A DNA stretch of 64,000 nt from Calditrichia bacterium (GTDB taxonomy: Bacteria > Calditrichota > Calditrichia > RBG-13-44-9 > J075): NCBI GenBank assembly GCA_050633245.1, contig JBOEGD010000024.1:32001-96000 (forward strand), in the 5' to 3' direction. The position numbers and the translations under genes are program-made. Below the pieces are notes generated by a model. The model was not told the origin of the DNA and searched no databases. It saw only the letters and a list, made by a program, of their open reading frames with translations. Below are positions 56,003 to 64,000 of this stretch, piece by piece; within the stretch, counting starts at the first letter, position 1, and every line of letters begins with the position of its first letter.

Positions 56003-56380
56003 TTACGCGAAGAATTTACTACGCGAACGCTGATCGAGTATGACGTCCTTAACATGCTGTGGCGTTGGAATACCGGTTGCAACATATTCTATCCCTGCCG
56101 TCCCGGCAGAAGAAATCATCAAATCACCATACTTACATAATCGTTGCATCATTGACTGGCGAATATCAATGCTGCGAATATCCTGAATAAAAATGATTCT
56201 TACATCCGTTGTTAATATGCCACGTTCTAATACTACGCGGTCATTATATATCTCTACGCGTTGCGAAACTTTCTGCCAATAAGCAACTGCCAATGGAATA
56301 AGCAACCAGGAAAATAACATATAGCCGCTGTAGTTCCACCAGGATCGTTTAATGCTGAGTACTGGTTTTTCTCTTTCCAC
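56003..56380 (-). CDS. Bacterial PH-domain (bPH_2/YdbT-like) membrane protein
   Basis: Short TM hairpin followed by RGIL...IRSIDIRQSMMQRL..YGDL.ISSAG. Confidence 0.75.
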   Translation of the reverse strand: MEREKPVLSIKRSWWNYSGYMLFSWLLIPLAVAYWQKVSQRVEIYNDRVVLERGILTTDVRIIFIQDIRSIDIRQSMMQRLCKYGDLMISSAGTAGIEYVATGIPTPQHVKDVILDQRSRSKFFA

Positions 56381-56448
56381 CTGATTAAAGCCTCCGATTG
56401 TCTTGGAAAGCTAAAAGATAATCAATAAAGCAGAGTAATGAAAAACTA

Positions 56449-57471
56449 TCAGCTTTTCCCGGCCATTTTTTTTGCAATATCCTGTAGCGTTACGTCAAGC
56501 TCCTCTTTAATCGTGCTGCCTGCCGCAGTCGCGGTACGAATAAAGGTGAGTGCTGTGAGAGAATCCAACCCTGCAACCTGAGTTGCGTACAGACTGAATT
56601 TTTTATAGACACTGTCTTGTTTTTTCTTCTCTGAGTAAACGCGATTATATTCTCTTAATCTCTGTCCTAACAGCCCTTCAAAATGTCCATCGGGATGAGC
56701 CTGTTTATGTTTGCTAAATAGCTTTAGCTCGGCATTTAAGGCCATACCTGAAGCCTTCAGATATAGATCTTCAGGGCGTTTGGTAAGCGGTTCTTTGCTA
56801 AAACTGGTTTCCAACAAATGACAGGAAAGGAACAGGCATTCAGCCCACCAGGCCGCAAATGTTTTATCTATTTTGGGATTCTGTCCAAGAGAATAAGCCG
56901 CGAGTTTAAACACCCGAGTGATAAGAGACGATGTGTTGTTATCGGCAATAGATTTAAGTTGTTTTCCCAGCATGCGGGTCAGCTGCTCTTCGCTAAGCAC
57001 AAGCGTGCCATTTGCGGAAAGCTTTTTTTCAAGCGAATTAATGCGCCGTGCAATGCCTTCTGGAAAATGATCTTTTTGCCAGCCATGTTCGTAGGTCTTT
57101 AACTTGCGGTAGCAATCAAGTGCATTTCGATAGTCTTTTATGGCCTCATAAGCGCGTCCCTTCCCGCTAAACAGCCAAATGTAAAAAGGAATAGACTCGT
57201 CGTTTGAGTTGGGAAGATTTTTCAGGAGAAATTTTTCGGCCAAGGTATAGGCTTCAATGGCTTCTTTGTATTGGCTCGATCTACGATAAATGTCGCCTGT
57301 ATGGAGTGCTGAGGGGAAATGTTGAGGCATGGATTCGAGAATCTCGCCAAAAAGCGCCATCGCTTTCTGATGATCTCCCAATTTTTCAAAGGCTACGCCC
57401 CGAAGATAAATTTCGTAAAAAGCGTCCGTCTCTGCCGGGTGGGATTCCCTGGCATGTTCAAAGACATTCAT
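56449..57471 (-). CDS. TPR-repeat protein with unknown C-terminal helical domain
   Basis: Three N-terminal TPR repeats (RGVAFEKLG, TGDIY, GKGRAY). Confidence 0.65.
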   Translation of the reverse strand: MNVFEHARESHPAETDAFYEIYLRGVAFEKLGDHQKAMALFGEILESMPQHFPSALHTGDIYRRSSQYKEAIEAYTLAEKFLLKNLPNSNDESIPFYIWLFSGKGRAYEAIKDYRNALDCYRKLKTYEHGWQKDHFPEGIARRINSLEKKLSANGTLVLSEEQLTRMLGKQLKSIADNNTSSLITRVFKLAAYSLGQNPKIDKTFAAWWAECLFLSCHLLETSFSKEPLTKRPEDLYLKASGMALNAELKLFSKHKQAHPDGHFEGLLGQRLREYNRVYSEKKKQDSVYKKFSLYATQVAGLDSLTALTFIRTATAAGSTIKEELDVTLQDIAKKMAGKS

Positions 57472-58005
57472 CGGCTATACCCCTGGCAATTGATTCCATC
57501 AATGACCAGTTTTGAAGTTAATGATCTATTCGAGAACCTTCTGAAGCCGGAATAAAGCTGATCCGTTTATCAGGAACGTCTCGAAGTACCGTCTAATGCA
57601 CACATCTTCCCTAATTTATCCCATTCCCATCCACGCTAAAACTTATCCTGTTTGCATAGAGGATTTTGTGTTTTGCACAGGAAATTTTAAAATAACATTT
57701 TTTATGAACTCACAGCTTTTTTAGAGGTAAGTTGTATTAAAACAGGTGATTGTGGTCATTCTTTGCAGCTTGTTGTTCGATAGTCTGATGAAATAGTGCG
57801 TGCCAAATTAAAATGACCTGGAAAATGAGTGCTAAAATACATTTGGTTTAGCAGAAGGCGGTCGATATATTTTTCAAGGGATGTTTTGAGAAAAAAGTAA
57901 CAAGGATGAAAACCTTTTGCCAGGAACGCGTATACCTATTCAGCAGGTAATAAAGCCTGATAATTCTGAATGCGAATACCGGCAAAGTTGCCGAATGTGG
58001 ATATA

Positions 58006-58887
58006 ATGACATATAGTTTTATTCATGAAATAGAGAAACAGCTGCCAGGTTCGCTGCTGGTTCGCCGAAAAAATGAAGCTCATCAATCAACAATCACCGT
58101 TGGTGATGCCGTGTTTGGTGGCGCAAGCCCCGTTATTATTGCCGGGCCCTGCTCTGTAGAAAATGAATCTCAAATGATGCAGGCAGCCGAGTTCGTGTGC
58201 AAACATGGCGGGCAGTTGCTTCGTGGTGGCGCTTACAAACCCCGAACAAGTCCCTATGATTTTCAGGGACTGGGTGAAGAAGGACTTGCATTATTGCAGC
58301 AAGCCGGGAAAACCTTTGATTTGCCGGTTGTCAGCGAGGTGTTGACTGCCGGGAATGTTGGACTTGTTAGTCAATACGTCGATGTGTTACAGATTGGCAG
58401 CCGCAACATGCAAAATACAGAGCTATTAAAAGAAGTGGGAAAACAGGATAAACCGATTTTGCTAAAGCGCGGTATGTCTGCAACGCTGAAAGAATTTTTG
58501 TTGGCCGCAGAGTATATTCTTAGTGGCGGTAATGAAAAGGTAATTTTGTGTGAACGTGGTATTCGCACCTTCGATACCTATTCGCGGAATTCACTGGATA
58601 TTAATGTTGTGCCCGCGATAAAATTGCTTTCGCATCTCCCCATAATTGTCGATCCCAGTCATGCAACTGGTCATCGAGAGTTAGTAGAGCCGTTGGCTCT
58701 TGCCGGTTTGGCAGCAGGCGCTCATGGCATTATGGTAGAAGTGCACCCTCAACCAGACGACTCGGTGTCGGATGCTGCTCAGACGATCGGTGAAAAGCAG
58801 TTTGGCAATCTGATGCAAAAAGTAACGCATTACAGCAAGTGGTTAAAGACCTATGAAAACTCTGTACACTCACCTCAAGACAAGTAA
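58006..58887 (+). CDS. aroF: DAHP synthase type I-beta
   Basis: IAGPCSVE, RGGAYKPRTSPY, IGSRNMQN, LKRG, CERG, DPSH and EVH motifs. Start is ATG 58006 or 57970. Confidence 0.93.
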   Translation: MTYSFIHEIEKQLPGSLLVRRKNEAHQSTITVGDAVFGGASPVIIAGPCSVENESQMMQAAEFVCKHGGQLLRGGAYKPRTSPYDFQGLGEEGLALLQQAGKTFDLPVVSEVLTAGNVGLVSQYVDVLQIGSRNMQNTELLKEVGKQDKPILLKRGMSATLKEFLLAAEYILSGGNEKVILCERGIRTFDTYSRNSLDINVVPAIKLLSHLPIIVDPSHATGHRELVEPLALAGLAAGAHGIMVEVHPQPDDSVSDAAQTIGEKQFGNLMQKVTHYSKWLKTYENSVHSPQDK

Positions 58888-59938
58888 CGTCTCCATTCCC
58901 TGTCATATTGGATTAGGGCTTTGGCGACAACTCGATGAGTATCTTCTCGCTAACTTTTCCGGTCATCAAATTTTTGTGATTGCAGATAGCAACCTTGTTC
59001 GCTTATATTCCGCGTCTACACGCGCTCTTAAATCCGAGTGTCAATGGTTAGAGTTTCCGGCTGGCGAAGCAGCGAAGTGCCGTGAGCAAAAGGCAGAATT
59101 GGAAAACGAGCTGCTAAAACGCAATGCCGGTCGCGACTCTGTTATTGTTGCGCTGGGTGGTGGAGTAACTGGTGATTTGGCCGGATATATAGCTGCAACG
59201 CTCCATCGCGGTATTCCGTTAATCCAAATGCCATCCAGCCTGCTGGCTCAGGTCGATAGCAGCATTGGCGGCAAGGTGGGCATTAACCATCCGCAGGGCA
59301 AAAACCTGTTAGGTGCTTTTAACCATCCTGCCGCAATCTTCAGCGATATATCGCTGTTGCGCAGCCTGCCTGATGAAGAGCTGTTTAATGGTATGGCAGA
59401 AGTCATAAAATATGCAGTTATTCTTGATGATGGCTTGTGGGAGTTACTGGAGGAAGAGTCTGAGGCGATTTGTCGACGTGATAGCAATATTCTTGAAAAA
59501 GTGATAACGCGCTGTGCAAAGCTTAAGATCGAAATCGTGGAGGCAGACGAGCGAGAGGCGGGGCATCGAAGCCTGCTGAATTGGGGACACACGGTTGGCC
59601 ATGCAATTGAAAAGCTAAGCGAATACAAAATAAAACACGGCTTTGCTATTGCTGCCGGAATGTTAGTTGCTGCCGCTCTCTCTCATACCCGGTTAGGCTA
59701 CCCGGAACGGCGTGTTGAAAGACTCGTAAAACTTTTGAAAACATATCACCTAACGACTGTAGATATAGAAGCATTTTCTCTTGAAGCAATTTGGAACGCA
59801 ATCAGAAGTGATAAAAAAGCAAGGCAGCAGCAGCCCCGTTTTACGCTGATGGCCTCACCCGGGAAACCGGAGTTATTCTACCCAATCGAAAGACAGGAAC
59901 TTGAGCATGCCCTCAAAGCAGCCCGCAATATGTGTTAG
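58853..59938 (+). CDS. aroB: 3-dehydroquinate synthase
   Basis: GEAAK, GGGVTGD, AQVDSSIGGKVG, AEVIK, LNWGHTVGHAIE and HG motifs. Confidence 0.95.
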   Translation: MKTLYTHLKTSNVSIPCHIGLGLWRQLDEYLLANFSGHQIFVIADSNLVRLYSASTRALKSECQWLEFPAGEAAKCREQKAELENELLKRNAGRDSVIVALGGGVTGDLAGYIAATLHRGIPLIQMPSSLLAQVDSSIGGKVGINHPQGKNLLGAFNHPAAIFSDISLLRSLPDEELFNGMAEVIKYAVILDDGLWELLEEESEAICRRDSNILEKVITRCAKLKIEIVEADEREAGHRSLLNWGHTVGHAIEKLSEYKIKHGFAIAAGMLVAAALSHTRLGYPERRVERLVKLLKTYHLTTVDIEAFSLEAIWNAIRSDKKARQQQPRFTLMASPGKPELFYPIERQELEHALKAARNMC

Positions 59939-61394
59939 TGTACTTCCCTCAAATTTGACCGATCTTCGTGAAAAACTTGCTTCTTGTCAGGATGCCGACA
60001 TGGTTGAAATTCGACTGGATAAGTCGAAGAGACTCGATCTGGAAAAGATTGAGTTTGATAAACCAGTAATTGCAACCCTTCGCAGCAAGGCTGAGGGAGG
60101 GTTTTGGCAAGGAACGAGCGCAAAGTATACCGCTGTTGCTCAGGCTGCAATTAATGCCGGAGCAGCGTATGTTGATATCGAATACCAGATGGCTGCAGAG
60201 GTTTTACCGGAATTGAAGCGCAAAAAATGCGGTATTGTGCTTTCCTGTCATACGTCAGAAAATTCTCCTGAAGCGCTGGAGCAGTTACTTCGCAATATGA
60301 GTGAGGTGAAAGCTGACGTTTATAAGCTGATTTTTACAGCAGAATCCGAGCAGGATAATTTAACAGTGCTGGAACTGATAAAATTCGCTCGTCAGTTGAA
60401 CATCAACTATGTTATTCACGCGATGGGAGAGGCCGGACGATTATCACGCTTACTCGGTGCTGCCCGCGGAAATGCCTGGACATACACCGCACGGGAATTT
60501 ACAGAAGAAACCGCACCCGGACAGTTAAGCGCTTTTGAATCTAAAAACCACTTCTTTCTTGATGAAAAAAGTGCAGACACCAATATTCTTGGTCTGCTCG
60601 GCTACCCGCTTGTTCAGAGTAAGGGCTGGCGCTTACACAACTTGCTCATTCATAAGCATCTGGGCGAAACAACAACAGAGAAAGCGGACTCCTATCTTTA
60701 CGTGAACTTTCCGGCAGAAGATGGCAAAGAATTTTGGGACTCCTGGTCACCTCATCTGCATGGGTTGAGCGTTACCATTCCTCATAAAGAAACAATAATC
60801 CCTTTCTTAGACGAAGCCTCGAATGAAGTAAAAATCTCGGGTGTTTGCAATACGGTCGTTCGAACCGCAAATGGTTGGACCGGTCATAACACTGATTTTA
60901 TTGCGATTGAAGCATTGCTAAGACCCTATCGCGAAGTACTGGGTGACGGGGGCGTAATTATCGGAACCGGAGCGACGGCTCGAAGTGCCATTGCTGCGCT
61001 AAAGCGTTTGAATGTTAACCCTGTTTTTGTCGTAGGGCGCAATCATGAGCGCGGAAAAATGCTTGTTGAAACAATGGGCATCGATTTTCTGAAAGAAGAC
61101 GAGATTCATTATGCCAATACCTCATGTGTTATTCAGACAACGCCGGTCGGTATGTTTCCATATGTCGATAAGTACCCTGTGGGCACGTCGCTTTTTCGCA
61201 AGGGACGAGTTGTTTTAGATGTTGTTTACAACCCGGTCGAAACGAAGTATTTGAAGATCGCAAAAGATCGCGGCTGTACAACCATCTCAGGTGCGGAAAT
61301 GTTTGTTCTGCAGGCAGCCAGGCAGTTTGAACTATTTACCGGGCAGCCTATCAGCACTGAAGATGTTGAGAAGGTTTGGCAGGAAATTACTTAA
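59907..61394 (+). CDS. aroE: Fused type I 3-dehydroquinate dehydratase / shikimate dehydrogenase (AroD-AroE)
   Basis: N-terminal EIRLD, TLRSKAEGG, SCH, YK, AMGEAGRLSR and APGQ; C-terminal SVTIPHK, CNT, HNTD, GTGATA and DVVYNP. Confidence 0.92.
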   Translation: MPSKQPAICVSVLPSNLTDLREKLASCQDADMVEIRLDKSKRLDLEKIEFDKPVIATLRSKAEGGFWQGTSAKYTAVAQAAINAGAAYVDIEYQMAAEVLPELKRKKCGIVLSCHTSENSPEALEQLLRNMSEVKADVYKLIFTAESEQDNLTVLELIKFARQLNINYVIHAMGEAGRLSRLLGAARGNAWTYTAREFTEETAPGQLSAFESKNHFFLDEKSADTNILGLLGYPLVQSKGWRLHNLLIHKHLGETTTEKADSYLYVNFPAEDGKEFWDSWSPHLHGLSVTIPHKETIIPFLDEASNEVKISGVCNTVVRTANGWTGHNTDFIAIEALLRPYREVLGDGGVIIGTGATARSAIAALKRLNVNPVFVVGRNHERGKMLVETMGIDFLKEDEIHYANTSCVIQTTPVGMFPYVDKYPVGTSLFRKGRVVLDVVYNPVETKYLKIAKDRGCTTISGAEMFVLQAARQFELFTGQPISTEDVEKVWQEIT

Positions 61395-61431
61395 ACCATT
61401 CTATATTCACGTCTCTATACGAGTATCAGAC

Positions 61432-62691
61432 ATGACCAGCCAAACGATTGATTGTGGTAAATTGGACGGAAGGTTGTCCGTTCCAGCCTCTAAAAGCCTG
61501 ACGCATCGCTATTTCATCCAGGCAGCCCTTTCGGGAAATCCCGTTACAATTTATAAGCCTCTGAAAAGCGAAGATGCACATATTACTCTAACCGCTTTGC
61601 AGAAAATGGGGTATGATGCCGCAGATTATGACGATCATGTTGTATTTAGCGGTAAGCGTATTCCGGTGTCTTCCTGCTCATTCTGGGTAGAGAACTCTGG
61701 CACCAGTGCACGCCTCTTAAGTGGCGTTATGGCGCTGCAATCCTTTCCCTGCGAAATGGATGGTTCCGCGCGAATGCGAGAACGTCCCATGCAAACATTG
61801 ATAGATGCCCTTCAAAAATTGGGGGCAACGGTTGAGCATCACAATGGTTATTTGCCACTTAAAACCAGCGGCGGTAACCTAAGTGGCCGCTTGCTGGAGG
61901 TTGACGCTTCGAAGTCATCCCAGTTTCTTTCTTCGATACTGCTGATCGCTCCCTATCTTGACGGGGAGCTGAAGTTGCTGTATGGAGAAAACCTTGCCAG
62001 CGCATCTTATTTAACTATGACCGTTGAGCTAATGAAGCGAGCGGGTGTTGAAGTCTCTGAAATTTCAGGTGGGTTTATTGTGAAAGGTGGTAGCGGATAC
62101 AGCATAGCCGATACCACGGTAGAAGGCGACTTCTCTAGCGCATCGTATTTTTTGACAGGCGCTGCACTCAGCGGGGGCAAGGTAAGTATTTCCAATGTAA
62201 CTGCTGATTCTCTGCAGGGTGATGCCGTTATTACCGAAGTGCTTCGCCAGGCAGGAGCAGAGGTGCAATGGCATGATTCCGGAGTTACTGTCACAGGCAC
62301 CGGAAGAATTCATGCCGTAGATGTAGATGTGCGATCTGTGCCCGACCTCGCTCCAACGATTGCCGTTCTTGCATTGTTTGCAGACGGTATGTCCCGGTTG
62401 AGACATGTCGACCACCTGCGCTATAAAGAGTGTGATCGCCTTGCTGCAGTAATTGAAAATATTAGTCGCTTAGGTGGAAAAGCATATGCTGAGGACAATC
62501 AGCTTATTATTGAACCACGGCCACTAAAAGGCGCTCTGCTCGCTTCGTATAATGACCACCGAATGGCCATGTGTTTTGCACTGGCAGGATTGCGTGTCCC
62601 CGGAGTGGTTATCGAAAATCGCGAATGTGTTATAAAGTCTTACCCCGGATATTGGGAGGATTTTCACCATCTCCATCAAGCAAAGACATAA
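61432..62691 (+). CDS. aroA: EPSP synthase
   Basis: PASKSLTHR, NSGTSAR, RPM, SSQF, KECDR, DHRMAM and KSYP motifs. Start revised to ATG 61432. Confidence 0.96.
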   Translation: MTSQTIDCGKLDGRLSVPASKSLTHRYFIQAALSGNPVTIYKPLKSEDAHITLTALQKMGYDAADYDDHVVFSGKRIPVSSCSFWVENSGTSARLLSGVMALQSFPCEMDGSARMRERPMQTLIDALQKLGATVEHHNGYLPLKTSGGNLSGRLLEVDASKSSQFLSSILLIAPYLDGELKLLYGENLASASYLTMTVELMKRAGVEVSEISGGFIVKGGSGYSIADTTVEGDFSSASYFLTGAALSGGKVSISNVTADSLQGDAVITEVLRQAGAEVQWHDSGVTVTGTGRIHAVDVDVRSVPDLAPTIAVLALFADGMSRLRHVDHLRYKECDRLAAVIENISRLGGKAYAEDNQLIIEPRPLKGALLASYNDHRMAMCFALAGLRVPGVVIENRECVIKSYPGYWEDFHHLHQAKT

Positions 62692-62704
62692 ATTCTCGAA
62701 GATC

Positions 62705-63202
62705 GTGTTAATTGGCTATCGCTGTGTGGGGAAGACTACACTTGGTGCTGCACTATCAACTCATTTGAACCTTCCGGTTATTTCCAGTGATTCCGAAATT
62801 GAGCAAAAAGTTGATCAACCGATAGCAGCTTTTGTAAAGCAGAATGGGTGGCCGCCATTTCGTGCTATTGAAAAATCCGTTATTAAAGATCTGTGCCGGC
62901 GAGTAGATTGCATTGTTGATTGTGGTGGTGGAGTTGTAGTGGATCCCGAGAATATGCGGCTGCTAACTGCAGACTCCTTAGTTGTCTGGGTCGACGCTGA
63001 CCGAAAGGATATTTTGCAACGCATGCTTGATGATACAACGCGTCCATTACTTAGCGGCGTCGATCTAAAGCAGGATATTGAAGAAAATTACCTCCGGCGC
63101 ATGCCTCTTTATCGCAAATACTCAAAGCTTCGTTTAGACACTTCAACGATAAGCCTGGAAGACTGCTTGGGCAAAGTAGAGCAAGCGTTTAAGAAGCAAT
63201 AA
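62705..63202 (+). CDS. aroK: Shikimate kinase (true start probably slightly upstream)
   Basis: IGYRCVGKTT, FRAIE, CGGGVV, RPLL and R..LY motifs. Confidence 0.9.
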   Translation: MLIGYRCVGKTTLGAALSTHLNLPVISSDSEIEQKVDQPIAAFVKQNGWPPFRAIEKSVIKDLCRRVDCIVDCGGGVVVDPENMRLLTADSLVVWVDADRKDILQRMLDDTTRPLLSGVDLKQDIEENYLRRMPLYRKYSKLRLDTSTISLEDCLGKVEQAFKKQ

Positions 63203-63213
63203 CCACTCACTGT

Positions 63214-64000
63214 CTACTTATTTTTCTTAACGGGCTTAATCGGCTTTTTCGTTGCCTTGCTCGCAGGCTTCTTAGATAAAGCTTTGGACTTAGGCTTCGC
63301 CTGCTTTTTTATTGAAGGCTTCGTCTGTTTTGGGGAAGCTTTTGTCTTTTTTGCTGTTGTTCCAGGCTTCTTTTTCGCTGGTGGCTTGAGTGCCTCAAGC
63401 AATTGCATTACCAGATACCCGGATTTGTCTTCTGCCTTCTGCCATAATTGCAGCAGCTGATGTCTTGCAATAATTTCTTCAGCAACGGAATTAGCTGCTT
63501 TGCTTTTTCCTGTTGTTGGAACAGTAATAATCAGTTCAAGCACAGAAATCAGATATAGCCAGCTGGTTATTATCTCGAATGCCTCTTTATTGAACCAAAG
63601 CTTATCCTCATAGCGATTAACAGATAAGAACTGTTGAAAGTCCAGGTCATTAAACAGCGTACTTAGAATCTCATGAGCACCGGCTGCTTTCTTTCTCTGC
63701 TCCGATGGATACCAATTTACATGCGAGGTTAGAAGCTTGATAATCTGAATGGCTTCGTTCGCTTTATTGTTGTCGTGTAACAGGATGTTGAGCTCATTAC
63801 GGATCACCTTATAGAGCAATAATTCATCGATCCAGCTTCTGCTTTTTTCATGATAAGAAGTATCCTTTTTTGCCCCAAGCATGCCAAGTGCATGAACATA
63901 AATCCACGATAAAAGCGTAGCCTGGTTTAGCTCATCAGACATAAGTTTATCGACTTCAGCAAGTGCTGCTTTATATTTACGTGATCTGGCCAATGGAAAG
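63214..64000 (-). CDS. C-terminal part of a large protein (possibly alpha-amylase family) with a Lys/Ala/Pro-rich tail; runs off the window end
   Basis: The frame is open to the window edge. SRSWIDE and VNRYEDKLWFNKEAFE resemble, from recall only, C-termini of large GH13-containing proteins. The catalytic domain is not in the window. Confidence 0.5.
   Translation of the reverse strand, partial: FPLARSRKYKAALAEVDKLMSDELNQATLLSWIYVHALGMLGAKKDTSYHEKSRSWIDELLLYKVIRNELNILLHDNNKANEAIQIIKLLTSHVNWYPSEQRKKAAGAHEILSTLFNDLDFQQFLSVNRYEDKLWFNKEAFEIITSWLYLISVLELIITVPTTGKSKAANSVAEEIIARHQLLQLWQKAEDKSGYLVMQLLEALKPPAKKKPGTTAKKTKASPKQTKPSIKKQAKPKSKALSKKPASKATKKPIKPVKKNK

Noticed and set aside
57788-57806. Sigma-54 promoter on the minus strand (TGGCACG)
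   Set aside because: There is no GC at the required GG-N10 spacing.
1-64000. tRNA, rRNA, integrase, transposase or prophage genes
   Set aside because: None were recognised by eye; tRNAscan-SE and cmscan were not run, so short RNAs could have been missed.

Overview
A gene-dense bacterial chromosome segment of moderate GC content. Gene content (PorV/PorQ-family barrel, DUF4292 lipoprotein, signal-less SpoIID/LytB, Tat-type amidase, GxxExxY gene) suggests an FCB-associated lineage such as Calditrichota/KSB1; this is an inference. Most of it is core function: rsgA, PBP1A, glycosyltransferases, trmB, recJ, rodZ-like, heptose kinase, prfB with a +1 programmed frameshift, trmJ, mpl, dprA, obgE, an amidase, a czcCBA-like efflux system and an aroF-aroB-aroDE-aroA-aroK operon. 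The signalling genes are an orphan SBP + dCache kinase + sigma-54 activator, HDOD + a His-less hybrid kinase, and a REC-PAS-HD-GYP protein. The most notable unannotated signals are non-coding. (1) A complete ~67-nt sRNA gene (7526-7592, minus strand) with a sigma-70 promoter, a UUCG hairpin, a C-rich anti-SD linker and an intrinsic terminator. (2) An ORF-less, sigma-28-like-promoter-driven GGA-rich RNA candidate (~33714-33824) with a near-consensus CsrA hairpin and blocks complementary to the seed of sRNA 1. (3) A GxxExxY nuclease gene with a 12-unit ACATGGATG array between obgE and dprA. (4) A 130-nt palindrome next to an 8-bp tandem array. Several apparent pseudo-enzymes also occur: a His-less kinase, a GSH-less HicA-fold protein, and a degenerate 1624-aa SF1 helicase/Vsr-like nuclease. 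No rRNA, tRNA, CRISPR array or transposase was recognised. All calls were made by eye, without database searches.
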